Assembly: GCA_965230295.1 (NCBI GenBank)
Contig: OZ246001.1
Location: 416,001-480,000 of the forward strand
Direction: 5' to 3'
Origin: Marinicella sp.
Lineage (GTDB): Bacteria > Pseudomonadota > Gammaproteobacteria > Xanthomonadales > Marinicellaceae
Length of the DNA stretch: 64,000 bases
Shown here piece after piece: positions 31,198-42,135 of the stretch (its first letter is position 1; every line of letters begins with the position of its first letter). A program made the position numbers and the translations under genes. The notes under the pieces were generated by a model. That model saw nothing but the letters and a program-made list of their open reading frames with translations, was not told the origin of the DNA and ran no database searches.

Positions 31198-32214
31198 ATG
31201 AACAAGCTCATCACTACAGCCCTTTTAATCATCACTGTGACTGCTTCTGTCCGAGCAGTCGAAACACTGATCAAAAATGACTCTTTGGTCGATTTCAGCA
31301 GTGGCAACATCCAACTGGGCTTCGTAGCCAATGAATCTGCAGCAGCTTGGTTAGAAGCTCCTTGTGATGGTGATTTGATTGCTGTCCAGGTTTTTTGGCG
31401 CTCGGCGAATGTCAACACAGCACCTTCTATTGAACAAGGCATCACCATATCTACTGCAGGTGTTTTTCCTGAGCCAGGTGAATCTCTAGAAAACATTGTC
31501 GGCACAGTTCTCAATGATGGTGTATTCAATGAATACCGATTTCTGGATGAAAACAATGTGGTTCCATTGATCGTACCTGTCACTGCTGGCGAGACCTATG
31601 TGGTGTCGTTTCAGTTTGAGAACACACCCACCGCCTCAGGCGCCAGTTTGGTGACTGATACCGACGGCTGTCAAACAGGTAAAAATGCCATCTTTGCCAT
31701 ACCACCTAATGTCTGGTTTGACAGCTGCCTGCTGGGAGTGACAGGAGATTTTGTGATCAGGGCTGTGGTTGATTGTCCAGTGGTGACTAACGAAGTGGAT
31801 CTGTCGGTTATTCAAACCGCCAATCCGGTCAGTTATACGGCTGGCCAAGATTTATCCTTCCAAATTACAGTCAGTAACTCAGGTCCAGCATCAGCCAACG
31901 CCACCAGTGTGATTGATTTCTTTCCTGCCCAATTATCAGGCGTTGATTGGATCTGTACACCCAACAATGGCGCCACCTGTAACAACGCCATTGGCAGTGG
32001 CAACCTCACCGAATCGGTTAATCTACCAGCCAACAGCGGTGTGGTGATTGATGCTGTTGGGACGGTAGCGATCGGTACCACTGGACTGATCAGCAACACC
32101 GCTCAAGTGATTGTTCCTCTGGGGGTGACTGACACCAATCCCGGTAACAATTCTATGGTTTTGGATATTCTTGAATCCACCGGTGATTTAATCTTTGCGG
32201 ATGATTTTGAGTGA
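31198..32214 (+). CDS. Secreted DUF11-like domain protein
   Basis: ATG 31198 with GAGG SD; signal peptide; DLSVIQT..FQITVSNSGP..D..ISNTAQV..DTNPGNN; ends DLIFADDFE. Confidence 0.82.
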   Translation: MNKLITTALLIITVTASVRAVETLIKNDSLVDFSSGNIQLGFVANESAAAWLEAPCDGDLIAVQVFWRSANVNTAPSIEQGITISTAGVFPEPGESLENIVGTVLNDGVFNEYRFLDENNVVPLIVPVTAGETYVVSFQFENTPTASGASLVTDTDGCQTGKNAIFAIPPNVWFDSCLLGVTGDFVIRAVVDCPVVTNEVDLSVIQTANPVSYTAGQDLSFQITVSNSGPASANATSVIDFFPAQLSGVDWICTPNNGATCNNAIGSGNLTESVNLPANSGVVIDAVGTVAIGTTGLISNTAQVIVPLGVTDTNPGNNSMVLDILESTGDLIFADDFE

Positions 32215-32223
32215 CTGGAATAA

Positions 32224-32243
32224 CTAGGCCCTGTTAACACTAT
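32224..32243. repeat. Solo MITE terminal-repeat remnant overlapping the ybeY 3' end
   Basis: Reverse complement ATAGTGTTAACAGGGCCTAG matches the MITE right end ATAGTGTTAACAGGCCCTGA (42119-42138) at 17/20 positions. Confidence 0.55.
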
Positions 32244-32679
32244 AGGGATTTTTAATGTTGAGCTCAGACAGAAATTTGATCTCAAGGGCTTCCATCACAA
32301 GCGCATCCTCATCTTCCACATGATCATACCCCAATAAATGCAACATACCATGGATGCTGATATGAGCCCAATGGTCATTGACCGCCTTGCCTTGCTCTTG
32401 AGCTTCTTGTTCAACAACCGATGCGCAGATGGCCAAATCACCCAGATGATCTGATTCAACAAAATCAGGCACTTCACTGGGGAATGAAAGTACGTTGGTT
32501 GGCTTGTCTTTACTGCGGTAGGTGTGGTTCAAATATCGGCTTTCTGTTTCATCAATGATCTTGATACACACTTGGCCAGAGGTTTTTAAGTGGTCAGCCA
32601 CCTGATTCAACCAACTTTGGAATTGCTTTGAATCAGGTGCTGCTAAATGGTCTTCATTGATCAGTTCAAGACCAATCAT
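32224..32679 (-). CDS. ybeY: rRNA maturation endoribonuclease YbeY
   Basis: Motifs LNHTYRSKDKPTNVLSFP, LGDLAIC and HGMLHLLGYDH. Confidence 0.96.
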   Translation of the reverse strand: MIGLELINEDHLAAPDSKQFQSWLNQVADHLKTSGQVCIKIIDETESRYLNHTYRSKDKPTNVLSFPSEVPDFVESDHLGDLAICASVVEQEAQEQGKAVNDHWAHISIHGMLHLLGYDHVEDEDALVMEALEIKFLSELNIKNPYSVNRA

Positions 32680-33653
32680 GCGTCCTTGTTGTGGTGTTTC
32701 TTGTTGTCGTAAGCATCCACAATTTTTTGTACCAGAGAATGTCTGACGACATCTTTGGATTTAAACCAGCTGAAACTGATGCCTTTGATGTCTTGCAGTA
32801 TTTCCATGGCGTGTTTTAGACCCGATTTCTCACCAGGCCGTAAGTCAATCTGGGTGATGTCGCCAGTGACCACCACTGTGGTGTTAAACCCGGTTCGGGT
32901 CAGAAACATCTTCATTTGTTCTACGGTGGTGTTTTGCGCTTCGTCTAAGATCACAAAAGCATCATTCAATGTTCGGCCTCGCATAAAAGCCAATGGAGCC
33001 ACTTCAATTTGATTCTTCTCCAACATTTTTTCGACTTTGTTGTTGCCCAACATGTCATACAAGGCATCGTACAAAGGTCGCAGATAAGGATCCACTTTGT
33101 CACTCAAATCACCGGGTAAAAAGCCCAGTCTTTCACCGGCTTCAACCGCAGGTCTGACCAACACCAATCGGCGCACCCGATCCATTAAAAAAGCTTCAAC
33201 AGCACAGGCCACAGCCAAAAAAGTCTTGCCTGTACCAGCCGGCCCTATACCAAAGTTAATGTCATGGGTCACGATGTTGTGCAGGTATTCTTTTTGATTG
33301 TCCGAGCGTCCAGTAATCACACCGGCTTTGGTCTGGATGGCCACTTCCTGGGGCTCATAATCAGGTTTGGAAGCATTACCAGCCAGTATCACATGTACAA
33401 TTTCAGGGTTCAGCGCTTCTTTTCTGGCTTCTTTAACCAACAAATTCAGCATCTTGGCAGCCTGATTGACTTGTGCTTCTTCGCCTTTGATTTGGAAATT
33501 TTGCCCGCGGGCATGGATGTCTGTTCCTGTGTGTTCAGCCAATAACTTTAAATGTACATCTTGCTGTCCATACAAATTGACCAAACTTCCGTTGTTGACG
33601 TCCAAAAATTCCATGTTTCGAACGGTAGATTTCATTTCTTTTACATTATTCAT
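32676..33653 (-). CDS. ybeZ: PhoH-family ATPase (YbeZ)
   Basis: Motifs [32 protein letters not shown] and DEAQN; miaB-ybeZ-ybeY operon. Confidence 0.93.
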   Translation of the reverse strand: MNNVKEMKSTVRNMEFLDVNNGSLVNLYGQQDVHLKLLAEHTGTDIHARGQNFQIKGEEAQVNQAAKMLNLLVKEARKEALNPEIVHVILAGNASKPDYEPQEVAIQTKAGVITGRSDNQKEYLHNIVTHDINFGIGPAGTGKTFLAVACAVEAFLMDRVRRLVLVRPAVEAGERLGFLPGDLSDKVDPYLRPLYDALYDMLGNNKVEKMLEKNQIEVAPLAFMRGRTLNDAFVILDEAQNTTVEQMKMFLTRTGFNTTVVVTGDITQIDLRPGEKSGLKHAMEILQDIKGISFSWFKSKDVVRHSLVQKIVDAYDNKKHHNKDA

Positions 33654-34977
33654 CAATCAATACACGACCTCTTAAAGAGTTTCTTAATGCTTCGGTGATG
33701 ACCACATTGACCATCTGCCCAATCAACCGTTGTGGCCCAGCAAAATTGACCACCCGGTTGTTCTCTGTTTTACCAGAAAGTTCATCATCTGACCACTTAG
33801 ATGTGCCTTCAACCAGAATTTTCTGTGTGCTACCCACCATATTTTGACTGATTTCAGCAGCCATGTCATTGATGGTGGCTTGTAATTGCTGTAATCGGGC
33901 TTTTTTCTCATCTAAGGAGACCAAATCCGGCATTGAAGAGGCCGGTGTTCCAGGTCTGGCGGAGTAAATGAAACTGAATGACTGATCAAACCCAATGTCA
34001 GTGATTAATTTCATGGTGTCGTTAAAGTCTTTATCTGTTTCTCCCGGAAAACCCACAATAAAGTCAGAAGATAAACTGATGTCAGGACGGACTTCGCGCA
34101 GTTTTCTGATTTTTTGTTTGTACTCCAAAGCAGTGTGCCCACGTTTCATCATTGACAAGATGCGATCAGACCCTGATTGCACCGGCAAATGCAGATAATT
34201 GGCCAGCTCAGGGACATCTCGATAGGCTTCGATCAAACCGTCGGTAAACTCCACTGGATGAGAGGTGGTGAATCGAATGCGCTCAATGCCATCTATGGCA
34301 GCCACATAATGAATCAACAAGGCCAAATCAACGATGTCGCCTTCATGAGACAAGCCGCGGTATGCATTCACATTTTGACCCAAGAGATTGACTTCCTTAA
34401 CACCTTGTTCAGCCAATTGCATGATTTCAGACAACACCCCATCCAATGGACGAGACACTTCTTCACCCCGGGTGTAAGGTACGACACAAAATGAACAGTA
34501 TTTGCTACAACCTTCCATGATGGAGACAAAGGCAGCAGGCCCTTCTTTACGCGGTTTGGGTAAGTTGTCAAATTTCTCAATCTCAGGAAATGAAATATCA
34601 ATTTGTGGTTGTTGCTGCTTGTTCCGCTCTTCTAACAACTCAGGTAATCGATGAATGGTTTGGGGACCAAACACCAAATCCACATAAGGTGCCCGTTTGA
34701 TGATGGCTTCACCTTCTTGGGAGGCCACGCATCCACCCACACCAATGATCACATCCGGGTTGTTTTCTTTGATCTTTCTCCAACGGCCCAATTGAGAAAA
34801 CACTTTTTCTTGGGCTTTTTCACGAATTGAACAGGTGTTGATCAAAATCACATCTGCCTCTTCTTCGACATCAGTGACACTCAATCCATGAGATTTGAGT
34901 AGCACATCTTGCATTTTGTCAGAGTCATATTCATTCATCTGACAACCATGGGTTCTTATAAATACTTTACCGCTCAT
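33646..34977 (-). CDS. miaB: tRNA-2-methylthio-N6-dimethylallyladenosine synthase
   Basis: Motifs [21 protein letters not shown], radical-SAM CSKYCSFC and a C-terminal TRAM domain. Confidence 0.97.
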   Translation of the reverse strand: MSGKVFIRTHGCQMNEYDSDKMQDVLLKSHGLSVTDVEEEADVILINTCSIREKAQEKVFSQLGRWRKIKENNPDVIIGVGGCVASQEGEAIIKRAPYVDLVFGPQTIHRLPELLEERNKQQQPQIDISFPEIEKFDNLPKPRKEGPAAFVSIMEGCSKYCSFCVVPYTRGEEVSRPLDGVLSEIMQLAEQGVKEVNLLGQNVNAYRGLSHEGDIVDLALLIHYVAAIDGIERIRFTTSHPVEFTDGLIEAYRDVPELANYLHLPVQSGSDRILSMMKRGHTALEYKQKIRKLREVRPDISLSSDFIVGFPGETDKDFNDTMKLITDIGFDQSFSFIYSARPGTPASSMPDLVSLDEKKARLQQLQATINDMAAEISQNMVGSTQKILVEGTSKWSDDELSGKTENNRVVNFAGPQRLIGQMVNVVITEALRNSLRGRVLIDE

Positions 34978-35561
34978 AGTGTTTCTTGGTTCATTCTATC
35001 GACTAATTGTACAATGATTTGTGCTGTTAAGCCCCAAATCACATCACCATTGTAGTCAAAAACGTAATAGTGCCTGACCCCAATTGGTGTTTTGATTTTG
35101 TGTTTCACTCGGTTGTTTTTGTCTTGAAAAAAAGCAAAGGGCACACCAAATGCACGGGCCACCTCGTTGTGATCAATTTTCAAATGATTCACATCTTTGA
35201 TTTCACCCACAAACGGGGTGACATGAAAGCCACTGATGGATGGCAGTCCATCTAAAAAGCCCCACAGCTGAATCAAATCTCGAGGCACGCCTATTTCTTC
35301 AAAAGTTTCACGGTATGCGGTGTGCTTGATGTTTTTGTCTTGTGCTTCATAGCCACCACCGGGAAAACTCACTTGGCCTGAATGGTGTTTCAAATCGGCA
35401 TTGCGTTGGGTTAACAACACCCACGGTTCATCATCCTTCCAATAAAAAGGAAACAACACCGCTGCTGCCCGCTCCATATCACCACCTGAGCCTTTCCACA
35501 GATGTTCATCAATCAAATCACGATTGAGGTGAGGTTTAATTATTTGACTGAATTGTTGCAT
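34974..35561 (-). CDS. Nudix hydrolase, CoA pyrophosphatase (NudL-like)
   Basis: NuCoA motif [18 protein letters not shown], Nudix box RETFEEIG, and IWGLTA. Confidence 0.92.
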   Translation of the reverse strand: MQQFSQIIKPHLNRDLIDEHLWKGSGGDMERAAAVLFPFYWKDDEPWVLLTQRNADLKHHSGQVSFPGGGYEAQDKNIKHTAYRETFEEIGVPRDLIQLWGFLDGLPSISGFHVTPFVGEIKDVNHLKIDHNEVARAFGVPFAFFQDKNNRVKHKIKTPIGVRHYYVFDYNGDVIWGLTAQIIVQLVDRMNQETL

Positions 35562-35571
35562 TCTCTAAAGC

Positions 35572-35600
35572 AAAAAAAGGCAAGTTCTGAAAACTTGCCT
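35572..35600 (-). terminator. Intrinsic terminator of the FKBP gene
   Basis: Minus strand AGGCAAGTT-TTCAG-AACTTGCCT-TTTTTT. Confidence 0.75.
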
Positions 35601-35640
35601 CTGCGATATCACCGTTTTGTTTGGCGATGCGAGCCGATGG

Positions 35641-36369
35641 TTATTTGATCGCCAATAAATGAACGTCAAATACCAATACTTCATTAGGACCAATTGGACC
35701 TTGGCCATTCACACCATATGCCATTTCAGGTGGTAAAAACACCTGCCATTTATCACCAGATTTCATCATTGGAATGATTTCTCTCCAACCAGGCATACCA
35801 ATCTTGCTCATGTCCATTTCCAAAGGCTGGCCATTTTTGTACGTGCTGTCAAATTCCTGGTAGTTGTCAAAAACTTCAGTACCAATCAATTTACCACTGT
35901 AATGTATTTCTACAGTATCATCCAGACTGGCGTTTTTACCAGAACCCGCTTCGATCACACGGTATTGAATGCCTGATGCCAACTCTTTGATGCCAGTCTT
36001 ACCACGGTTTTGTGCCAAAAACTGATCACTGCGTTGTTGGTTTTTATCAGCCAATGCCAAATACTCTTCACGTTGGAACAACTGCAATTTTTGTTGATAC
36101 TTGCCGTACTCCTGTGTCATCAACTCTTTGTCAAATGTCGGTTCTTGTTTAGTGGCTGCTTCACGCAGTCCTTTAACGGCCTGTTCAATGTCTAATTCGA
36201 ATTCACTGCCTTCACGACCAGCCGCTTGTAAACCCATGCGGTAGCCAATGGCATACGAAGCTGCAGCTTTATCAAATGTGATGTCTGAGCTCTTAGGAAC
36301 TTGTTGTTCATTTTGTGCCATGGCAGTTACAGTCAGTGCCAAAGACATCAAAGTCATAATTTTTCTCAT
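35641..36369 (-). CDS. FKBP-type peptidyl-prolyl isomerase (Mip/FkpA-like)
   Basis: Signal peptide, ASYAIG, SGIQYRVI, VEIHYSG, FDST, PGW, AYG and LVFDVHLL; ATG 36369 with GAGG SD. Confidence 0.93.
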   Translation of the reverse strand: MRKIMTLMSLALTVTAMAQNEQQVPKSSDITFDKAAASYAIGYRMGLQAAGREGSEFELDIEQAVKGLREAATKQEPTFDKELMTQEYGKYQQKLQLFQREEYLALADKNQQRSDQFLAQNRGKTGIKELASGIQYRVIEAGSGKNASLDDTVEIHYSGKLIGTEVFDNYQEFDSTYKNGQPLEMDMSKIGMPGWREIIPMMKSGDKWQVFLPPEMAYGVNGQGPIGPNEVLVFDVHLLAIK

Positions 36370-36564
36370 TCGTAACCTCTTAACAAAATCAGCCGCGTAT
36401 TGTACGCCAGCCATCTGAGTTAAACAAGACAAGCAAGCAACTAATAAGTTCAAATTTGGCTCTTCTTGAGCCAGTTGCAGGCACTTTTAACGCAAATATA
36501 ATGATTTGAGGCCTGGGTTCATTTATTGCTATAATTTCGAGCTCTTTTAACCTTACATTGAATC

Positions 36565-37341
36565 ATGCCAAACGTCTTATCCAATCTTGAGAACAAAGTC
36601 CTCACCATCACCATCAATCGACCCGATAAACTCAATGCCTTAAATCAAGCCACATTGAAAGAACTTGATGCCATCATCAACCAGGCCAAAGACGATGACA
36701 ACACCGCTGCCATCATCATCACCGGCTCAGGTGAGAAGGCATTTGTAGCTGGTGCTGACATCTCAGAATTGGCCACCACCGATGCCATGACCGGCATGCA
36801 ATTTGCTCGTTATGGCCAATCGGTATTCAACAACATTGAAAACTGTGGCAAACCGGTCATCGCAGCGGTTAATGGTTTTGCCTTAGGCGGTGGTTGTGAA
36901 TTGGCCATGGCTTGCCACCTCAGAATCGCTTCTGACAATGCCAAATTCGGTCAACCAGAGATCAAATTGGGTGTGATTCCCGGCTTTGGCGGTACCCAGC
37001 GATTGACACGACTGGTCGGTAAAGGCAAATCCATGGAAATGAATTTATTGGGTGACATGCTTTCTGCCAATAAAGCCGAACAAATCGGCCTGGCCAATTG
37101 GGTGGTACCACAAGGAGAGTTGATGCCCACCGTTGAAAAAGTGGCCCAACAACTGGCCAACTCTGCGCCCATTGCTTTGAGCATGACCATCGATGCCATC
37201 AACAAAGGCCTTGAATGCGCCTTGCCAGACGCACTGGATTACGAGGTCAAAGCCTTCGGTATCTGCTGCGCTTCAGAAGATAAAAATGAAGGCACCAGTG
37301 CGTTCCTGGAAAAACGCGCGGCCAAATTCAGCGGCAAGTAA
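36565..37341 (+). CDS. Enoyl-CoA hydratase/crotonase family protein
   Basis: Motifs INRPDKLNAL, AFVAGADI, NGFALGGGCELA and FGQPEIKLGVIPGFGGTQRL. Confidence 0.95.
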   Translation: MPNVLSNLENKVLTITINRPDKLNALNQATLKELDAIINQAKDDDNTAAIIITGSGEKAFVAGADISELATTDAMTGMQFARYGQSVFNNIENCGKPVIAAVNGFALGGGCELAMACHLRIASDNAKFGQPEIKLGVIPGFGGTQRLTRLVGKGKSMEMNLLGDMLSANKAEQIGLANWVVPQGELMPTVEKVAQQLANSAPIALSMTIDAINKGLECALPDALDYEVKAFGICCASEDKNEGTSAFLEKRAAKFSGK

Positions 37342-37362
37342 GGGCCACCACAACGTCGAAAT

Positions 37363-37387
37363 CAAAAGGCGCTGCAGGCGCCTTTTG
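37363..37387. terminator. Bidirectional intrinsic terminator
   Basis: CAAAAGGCGC-TGCAG-GCGCCTTTTG between convergent genes. Confidence 0.75.
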
Positions 37388-37391
37388 GCTC

Positions 37392-37565
37392 TTATTTATC
37401 AGGCGGTTCATTTTGCTGGTCACCCATGGCCAGATTTAACCAGAACCAAAGCTCAACCACCGCTGCAATGATGATGACGACAACTGTGCCGGTCTTGAAA
37501 CCAATAAAATACAACAACAAGGCCAGGGCAGCCAGGGTCAATAAAGTCAGTCCTCGTGAGTTCAT
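37392..37565 (-). CDS. Small 57-aa two-TM membrane protein, not in the ORF track
   Basis: MNSRGLTLLTLAALALLLYFIGFKTGTVVVIIIAAVVELWFWLNLAMGDQQNEPPDK; GAGGTG upstream of the ATG; terminator 5 bp after the stop. Confidence 0.75.
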   Translation of the reverse strand: MNSRGLTLLTLAALALLLYFIGFKTGTVVVIIIAAVVELWFWLNLAMGDQQNEPPDK

Positions 37566-37721
37566 ATCACCTCAATCAAATAAAGATCATATTAACAAAA
37601 TCACCGACCAGAATCATCAGTCGTAAGTCATGATCTACTTGCGACAAAAATAATTAAATTTACCCACATGATCTTGACGCTTTTTGGTTAAAATGATGGG
37701 TTTGATTCACCTTTGACCAAC

Positions 37722-40547
37722 ATGAAAAGTATTTCCCTTCGAGGCGTCAGAACCCACAATTTAAAAAACATAGATATCGACTTGCCCCGTGATCAATTCA
37801 TCGTCATCACGGGCTTGTCAGGCTCTGGCAAATCTTCCTTGGCATTCGACACCATTTATGCTGAAGGACAACGTCGTTATGTGGAGTCTTTATCTGCTTA
37901 CGCCCGACAATTTTTATCGATGATGGACAAGCCGGATTTGGACCACATCGAAGGGTTGTCACCCGCCATTTCAATTGAACAAAAGTCGACCTCTCACAAC
38001 CCACGCTCTACGGTAGGCACCATCACCGAAATCTATGATTATTTGCGGTTATTGTATGCCCGCATCGGCACACCCAAATGCCCTGATCATGCGATATCAT
38101 TGGAAGCTCAGGAAGTCTCAGAAATGGTCGATAAAGTTTTGGCCTTGGAAAGTGGTCGAAAACTGATGTTACTGGCACCGGTGGTCAGAAACCGCAAAGG
38201 CGAACACCTGTTGTTATTGGAGCAATTACGCGGCAGTGGTTTTGTGCGGGTCAGGATCGATGGGACTTTGTACAACATTGACGACCTCCCCAAGTTAAAC
38301 CCCAAACAAAAACATGACATTGAGGCGGTGGTGGACCGCTTTAAAGTCAAAGAAGGCATCGCCCAGAGGTTGGCGGAATCTTTTGAAACCGCCCTGTCGT
38401 TGTCAGAAGGTTTGGCCATGGTGGTTTCCTTTGATGATGGAGGTGACACGAACTTGATGTTCAGTTCTTTGTTTTCCTGCCCTGTGTGCAATTACTCACT
38501 GAGTGAATTGGAACCCAGGCTGTTCTCTTTCAATTCTCCCAATGGGGCCTGCAGTGAATGCGATGGCTTAGGCGTCAGTCAGTTTTTTGATCCCGAACGG
38601 ATCATCGTCAATAAAAACTTATCCATGGCAGAAGGCGCTGTTCGCGGTTGGGACAAACGCAATGGCTGGTACTTTCAATTGCTACAAGCGGTGGCTAAAA
38701 AATATAAATTCGATGTCAACACACCACTCAAAGATTTACCACAAAAAGTCCAGGATGTGTTGTTTTATGGCAGTGGTGAGGACAACATCAAATTCACCTA
38801 CTACAGCGACAAAGGTCAGTATGAGCGCAACCACCCGTTTGAAGGCATCGCCAACAACATGAAGCGCCGTTATCAGGAAACCGAGTCATCCATGGTTCGT
38901 GAAGAACTGAATAAGTACATCAGCAAAAAACCCTGCCCACAATGTGAAGGCCAGCGATTGAATCGCAGTGCCCGCAATGTGTTCATCAATGATGTGCCCT
39001 TACCGCACATCAATGCCATGTCTATTGCTGGCGCTTTGCGGCATTTTGAAGAACTGAACTTAACAGGGCAAAAGGCGCAAATAGCAGAAAAAATCATCAA
39101 GGAAATCCGCGAACGCTTGAGCTTTTTGGTGAATGTCGGCCTGAACTATTTAACGGTTGATCGCAAAGCCGATTCACTCTCTGGGGGTGAAGCACAACGG
39201 ATTCGGTTGGCCTCTCAGATCGGTGCTGGATTGGTGGGTGTGATGTATGTCTTGGATGAACCGTCCATTGGCTTGCACCAGCGTGACAATGAAAAATTGT
39301 TGAAAACCTTGGTTAATTTGAAAAACTTGGGAAACACGGTGATTGTGGTTGAACACGATGAAGATGCGGTCAGGATGGCTGATCATGTGGTGGACATCGG
39401 ACCGGGTGCTGGTGTTCATGGTGGGCACATCGTGGCTGAAGGCACGCCGAAACAGATTTGTGCCAACAAAAATTCAATCACTGGTCAATACCTCACTGGC
39501 GCACTTAAGATTGACATTCCCCAAAAAAGACACCCCGTGGACAAGAAAAAGGTGTTCAAGCTTAATGGCGCAACCGGCAACAACCTGAAAAATGTCAATG
39601 TTGAAATCCCAGCGGGCCTGTTTACTTGTATCACAGGCGTTTCTGGCTCAGGCAAATCAACTTTAATCAATGAAACCGTCTACAAGGTGCTGGCCAATCA
39701 CTTGAATCGGGCCTCACATCAGTCACAACCCTATAAAGATTTCAAAAACATCGAATTGTTCGACAAAGTGGTGGACATCGACCAGAAACCCATCGGTCGG
39801 ACCCCAAGATCCAATCCGGCCACATATACACAATTATTTGGCCCCATCAGGGATTTGTTCTCTAACACACCCGAAGCCAGAACCCGAGGCTATAAACCTG
39901 GTCGATTCAGTTTCAATGTCAAGGGTGGACGTTGCGAAGCTTGTCAGGGTGACGGTGTAATCAAAGTCGAAATGCACTTTTTACCAGATGTTTATGTGAC
40001 CTGTGACACCTGCAAGGGTAAACGCTACAACCGTGAAACACTGGATGTGCAATACAAAGGCAAAAACATCTATGAAGTTCTTAATATGACCGTAGAGGAT
40101 GCCCTACCCTTTTTCTCTGCCATACCCAACATCGCCACCAAGCTGCAAACGCTGTTGGATGTGGGTTTGAGCTACATCACCCTTGGACAAAATGCCACCA
40201 CCTTGTCCGGAGGCGAGGCCCAGCGTGTCAAACTGGCCAAAGAACTGTCCAAGAGAGACACTGGCAAGACCGTCTATATTTTGGATGAGCCAACCACCGG
40301 GCTACATTTTGCAGACATCAAACAATTGCTTAAAGTCTTGCATCATTTGCGAGATAATGGCAACACCATTATGGTCATTGAACACAATCTAGATGTGATC
40401 AAAACAGCCGATTGGATCATAGACCTGGGACCCGAAGGCGGACATGGTGGCGGTGAAATCATCGCCAAAGGTACACCCGAAACATTGGTTAAAGTAAAGA
40501 AAAGCCACACGGGTGCTTTTTTAAAGCCGATCCTTGAGAAAGGCTAA
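37722..40547 (+). CDS. uvrA: Excinuclease ABC subunit A
   Basis: THNLKNI, two Walker A motifs ([16 protein letters not shown]), two LSGGEAQR signatures and zinc fingers. Confidence 0.98.
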   Translation: MKSISLRGVRTHNLKNIDIDLPRDQFIVITGLSGSGKSSLAFDTIYAEGQRRYVESLSAYARQFLSMMDKPDLDHIEGLSPAISIEQKSTSHNPRSTVGTITEIYDYLRLLYARIGTPKCPDHAISLEAQEVSEMVDKVLALESGRKLMLLAPVVRNRKGEHLLLLEQLRGSGFVRVRIDGTLYNIDDLPKLNPKQKHDIEAVVDRFKVKEGIAQRLAESFETALSLSEGLAMVVSFDDGGDTNLMFSSLFSCPVCNYSLSELEPRLFSFNSPNGACSECDGLGVSQFFDPERIIVNKNLSMAEGAVRGWDKRNGWYFQLLQAVAKKYKFDVNTPLKDLPQKVQDVLFYGSGEDNIKFTYYSDKGQYERNHPFEGIANNMKRRYQETESSMVREELNKYISKKPCPQCEGQRLNRSARNVFINDVPLPHINAMSIAGALRHFEELNLTGQKAQIAEKIIKEIRERLSFLVNVGLNYLTVDRKADSLSGGEAQRIRLASQIGAGLVGVMYVLDEPSIGLHQRDNEKLLKTLVNLKNLGNTVIVVEHDEDAVRMADHVVDIGPGAGVHGGHIVAEGTPKQICANKNSITGQYLTGALKIDIPQKRHPVDKKKVFKLNGATGNNLKNVNVEIPAGLFTCITGVSGSGKSTLINETVYKVLANHLNRASHQSQPYKDFKNIELFDKVVDIDQKPIGRTPRSNPATYTQLFGPIRDLFSNTPEARTRGYKPGRFSFNVKGGRCEACQGDGVIKVEMHFLPDVYVTCDTCKGKRYNRETLDVQYKGKNIYEVLNMTVEDALPFFSAIPNIATKLQTLLDVGLSYITLGQNATTLSGGEAQRVKLAKELSKRDTGKTVYILDEPTTGLHFADIKQLLKVLHHLRDNGNTIMVIEHNLDVIKTADWIIDLGPEGGHGGGEIIAKGTPETLVKVKKSHTGAFLKPILEKG

Positions 40548-40620
40548 TTCAGGACTTTTGTTACATGCAATGTTCAACATAACCTGACATAATAATTTAA
40601 AGTTAACAAGCAAACTCATT

Positions 40621-41853
40621 ATGAAAAAAATCGTATTTACTGCGTTATTAACCACTTCTTGCTTGGGTATGGCAGCCAATCCAGAGCCCATCATCTATGG
40701 CACAGTCACTGAAACCAATGGTCAGACTTATACCGGCAGCATTCGTTGGGGAGACCAGGAGACATTCCTCAGTGATATTTTTAATGGCAGAAAATTAACC
40801 ACAGTGGGATTTGAACACCTCAGTGAAGACGAACAAGATGATTTGCTGGACCACCAACCAGGGCCCCAAGCCACCATTGGTGATTTACAAATCACTTTTA
40901 AATCATTTTTTGGTAAAGAAATCGATCAACCTTATTTCAACGTCCCTTTTGGTTCAGTCAAGCAACTTGAAATTGATAACAAGAAAAATTTGTTCACCGC
41001 CACATTACACGATGGCACCACCATCGTCAGCGATGGCAGCAGTTCAAATGATTTGAACAGTGATGTTTTTGTGAAAAACTTACAGGGTGAAACCAAAGAG
41101 TTTGAGTTGGATGATTTATCACTCATCACTTTTTCCAAAGCGCCGCAAGCAGCTTTGACTTATGGCGATGGTATTTATGGCACTGTGACTTCATCCATTG
41201 GCACCTTCAAAGGTCGTGTTATGTGGGACAAAGATGAACGACTGACTTACGAAGAACTGGATGGCAATGACGAATCTCAAGACTATGAAATCAAATTTTC
41301 TGAAATCAAAAGCATCGAAAGAAGTGGCAATTCATCTATTGTTGAATTAACCAACGAAACCACTTTAAACTTAACAGGCACCAATGATGTCAACAATGGC
41401 AACCGAGGCATCTGGGTAGACCACCCAGATTTAGGCCGTGTTGAAATTGAATGGTTACAATTTAAAAAACTGGTCATAGAAGATGTGGATGTTGACTGGA
41501 TGGACTTTGATGACTATGCCAACAAAACCAAGCCACTGAAAGGACAAGTCGAACTCAAAGATGGCTCTAGAGTGGATGCTGACAGCATCATCTATGACAT
41601 GAACCAGCAAAGCTCATCCGAATTGCTGTATGTGGATGTCAATGAAGCCAATCGTGAAATCCCTTTAAGAACCATTCAAGAAATTACTGTAAAGCACGAT
41701 CAGGCAGTCGAGTTAAAACTACATGACCAATCAACCATACTGGCCTATGGCAACCGCAGCGTGACCCGCGAAAACAATGGGGTCTTATTAAAAACCCAAG
41801 GCAACCACCGCTGGATTCCGTGGGAACAAGTACAAACTGTTATATTTAAATAG
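40621..41853 (+). CDS. Secreted hypothetical protein with three internal beta-rich repeats
   Basis: Signal peptide; repeat units begin IYGTVTE, IYGTVTS and LKGQVEL. Confidence 0.78.
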   Translation: MKKIVFTALLTTSCLGMAANPEPIIYGTVTETNGQTYTGSIRWGDQETFLSDIFNGRKLTTVGFEHLSEDEQDDLLDHQPGPQATIGDLQITFKSFFGKEIDQPYFNVPFGSVKQLEIDNKKNLFTATLHDGTTIVSDGSSSNDLNSDVFVKNLQGETKEFELDDLSLITFSKAPQAALTYGDGIYGTVTSSIGTFKGRVMWDKDERLTYEELDGNDESQDYEIKFSEIKSIERSGNSSIVELTNETTLNLTGTNDVNNGNRGIWVDHPDLGRVEIEWLQFKKLVIEDVDVDWMDFDDYANKTKPLKGQVELKDGSRVDADSIIYDMNQQSSSELLYVDVNEANREIPLRTIQEITVKHDQAVELKLHDQSTILAYGNRSVTRENNGVLLKTQGNHRWIPWEQVQTVIFK

Positions 41854-41869
41854 CCTTCTGCTGATACCT

Positions 41870-42135
41870 GGGCCTGTTAACACCATGCAAATGGTTACTG
41901 TTATGACTGAAATTAATCCAATCAAGGCGCGAAGAGCGCAGTTGGGTGATTCCCATCAAGTGATGAGCAACACCGAGTGGGTTAATTTCAGCCCTAACCC
42001 CTAGGGCTGGGTTGCTTTTTCCACCCAACATCGTTATCAGTCGTTCATGTGGAATAACCACACATCACGACTTTTGCCTTGTCGGATTGAAAAAACAACT
42101 CCAGCAGTCACTATTCACATAGTGTTAACAGGCCC
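41870..42135. mobile_element. MITE-like non-autonomous element (266 bp)
   Basis: Perfect 14-bp terminal inverted repeat GGGCCTGTTAACAC (41870-41883 / 42122-42135), extending imperfectly to about 31 bp; internal hairpins; no transposase; related sequences at 20677 and 32224. Confidence 0.75.

Noticed and set aside
31092-31583. 163-aa minus-strand ORF and similar 60-170-aa ORFs overlapping annotated genes
   Set aside because: Antisense or alternate-frame to well-supported genes, with no recognisable motifs.
32676-33653. PhoH-family gene as part of a Pho regulon with phoB
   Set aside because: It is the housekeeping ybeZ type embedded in miaB-ybeZ-ybeY, with no Pho box seen.
37566-37721. Possible LexA/SOS box upstream of uvrA
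   Set aside because: No CTGT-N8-ACAG or other convincing palindrome found.
41846-42061. 71-aa minus-strand ORF as a possible transposase remnant
   Set aside because: Lies almost entirely inside the MITE and shows no DDE or HTH similarity that I can recognise.
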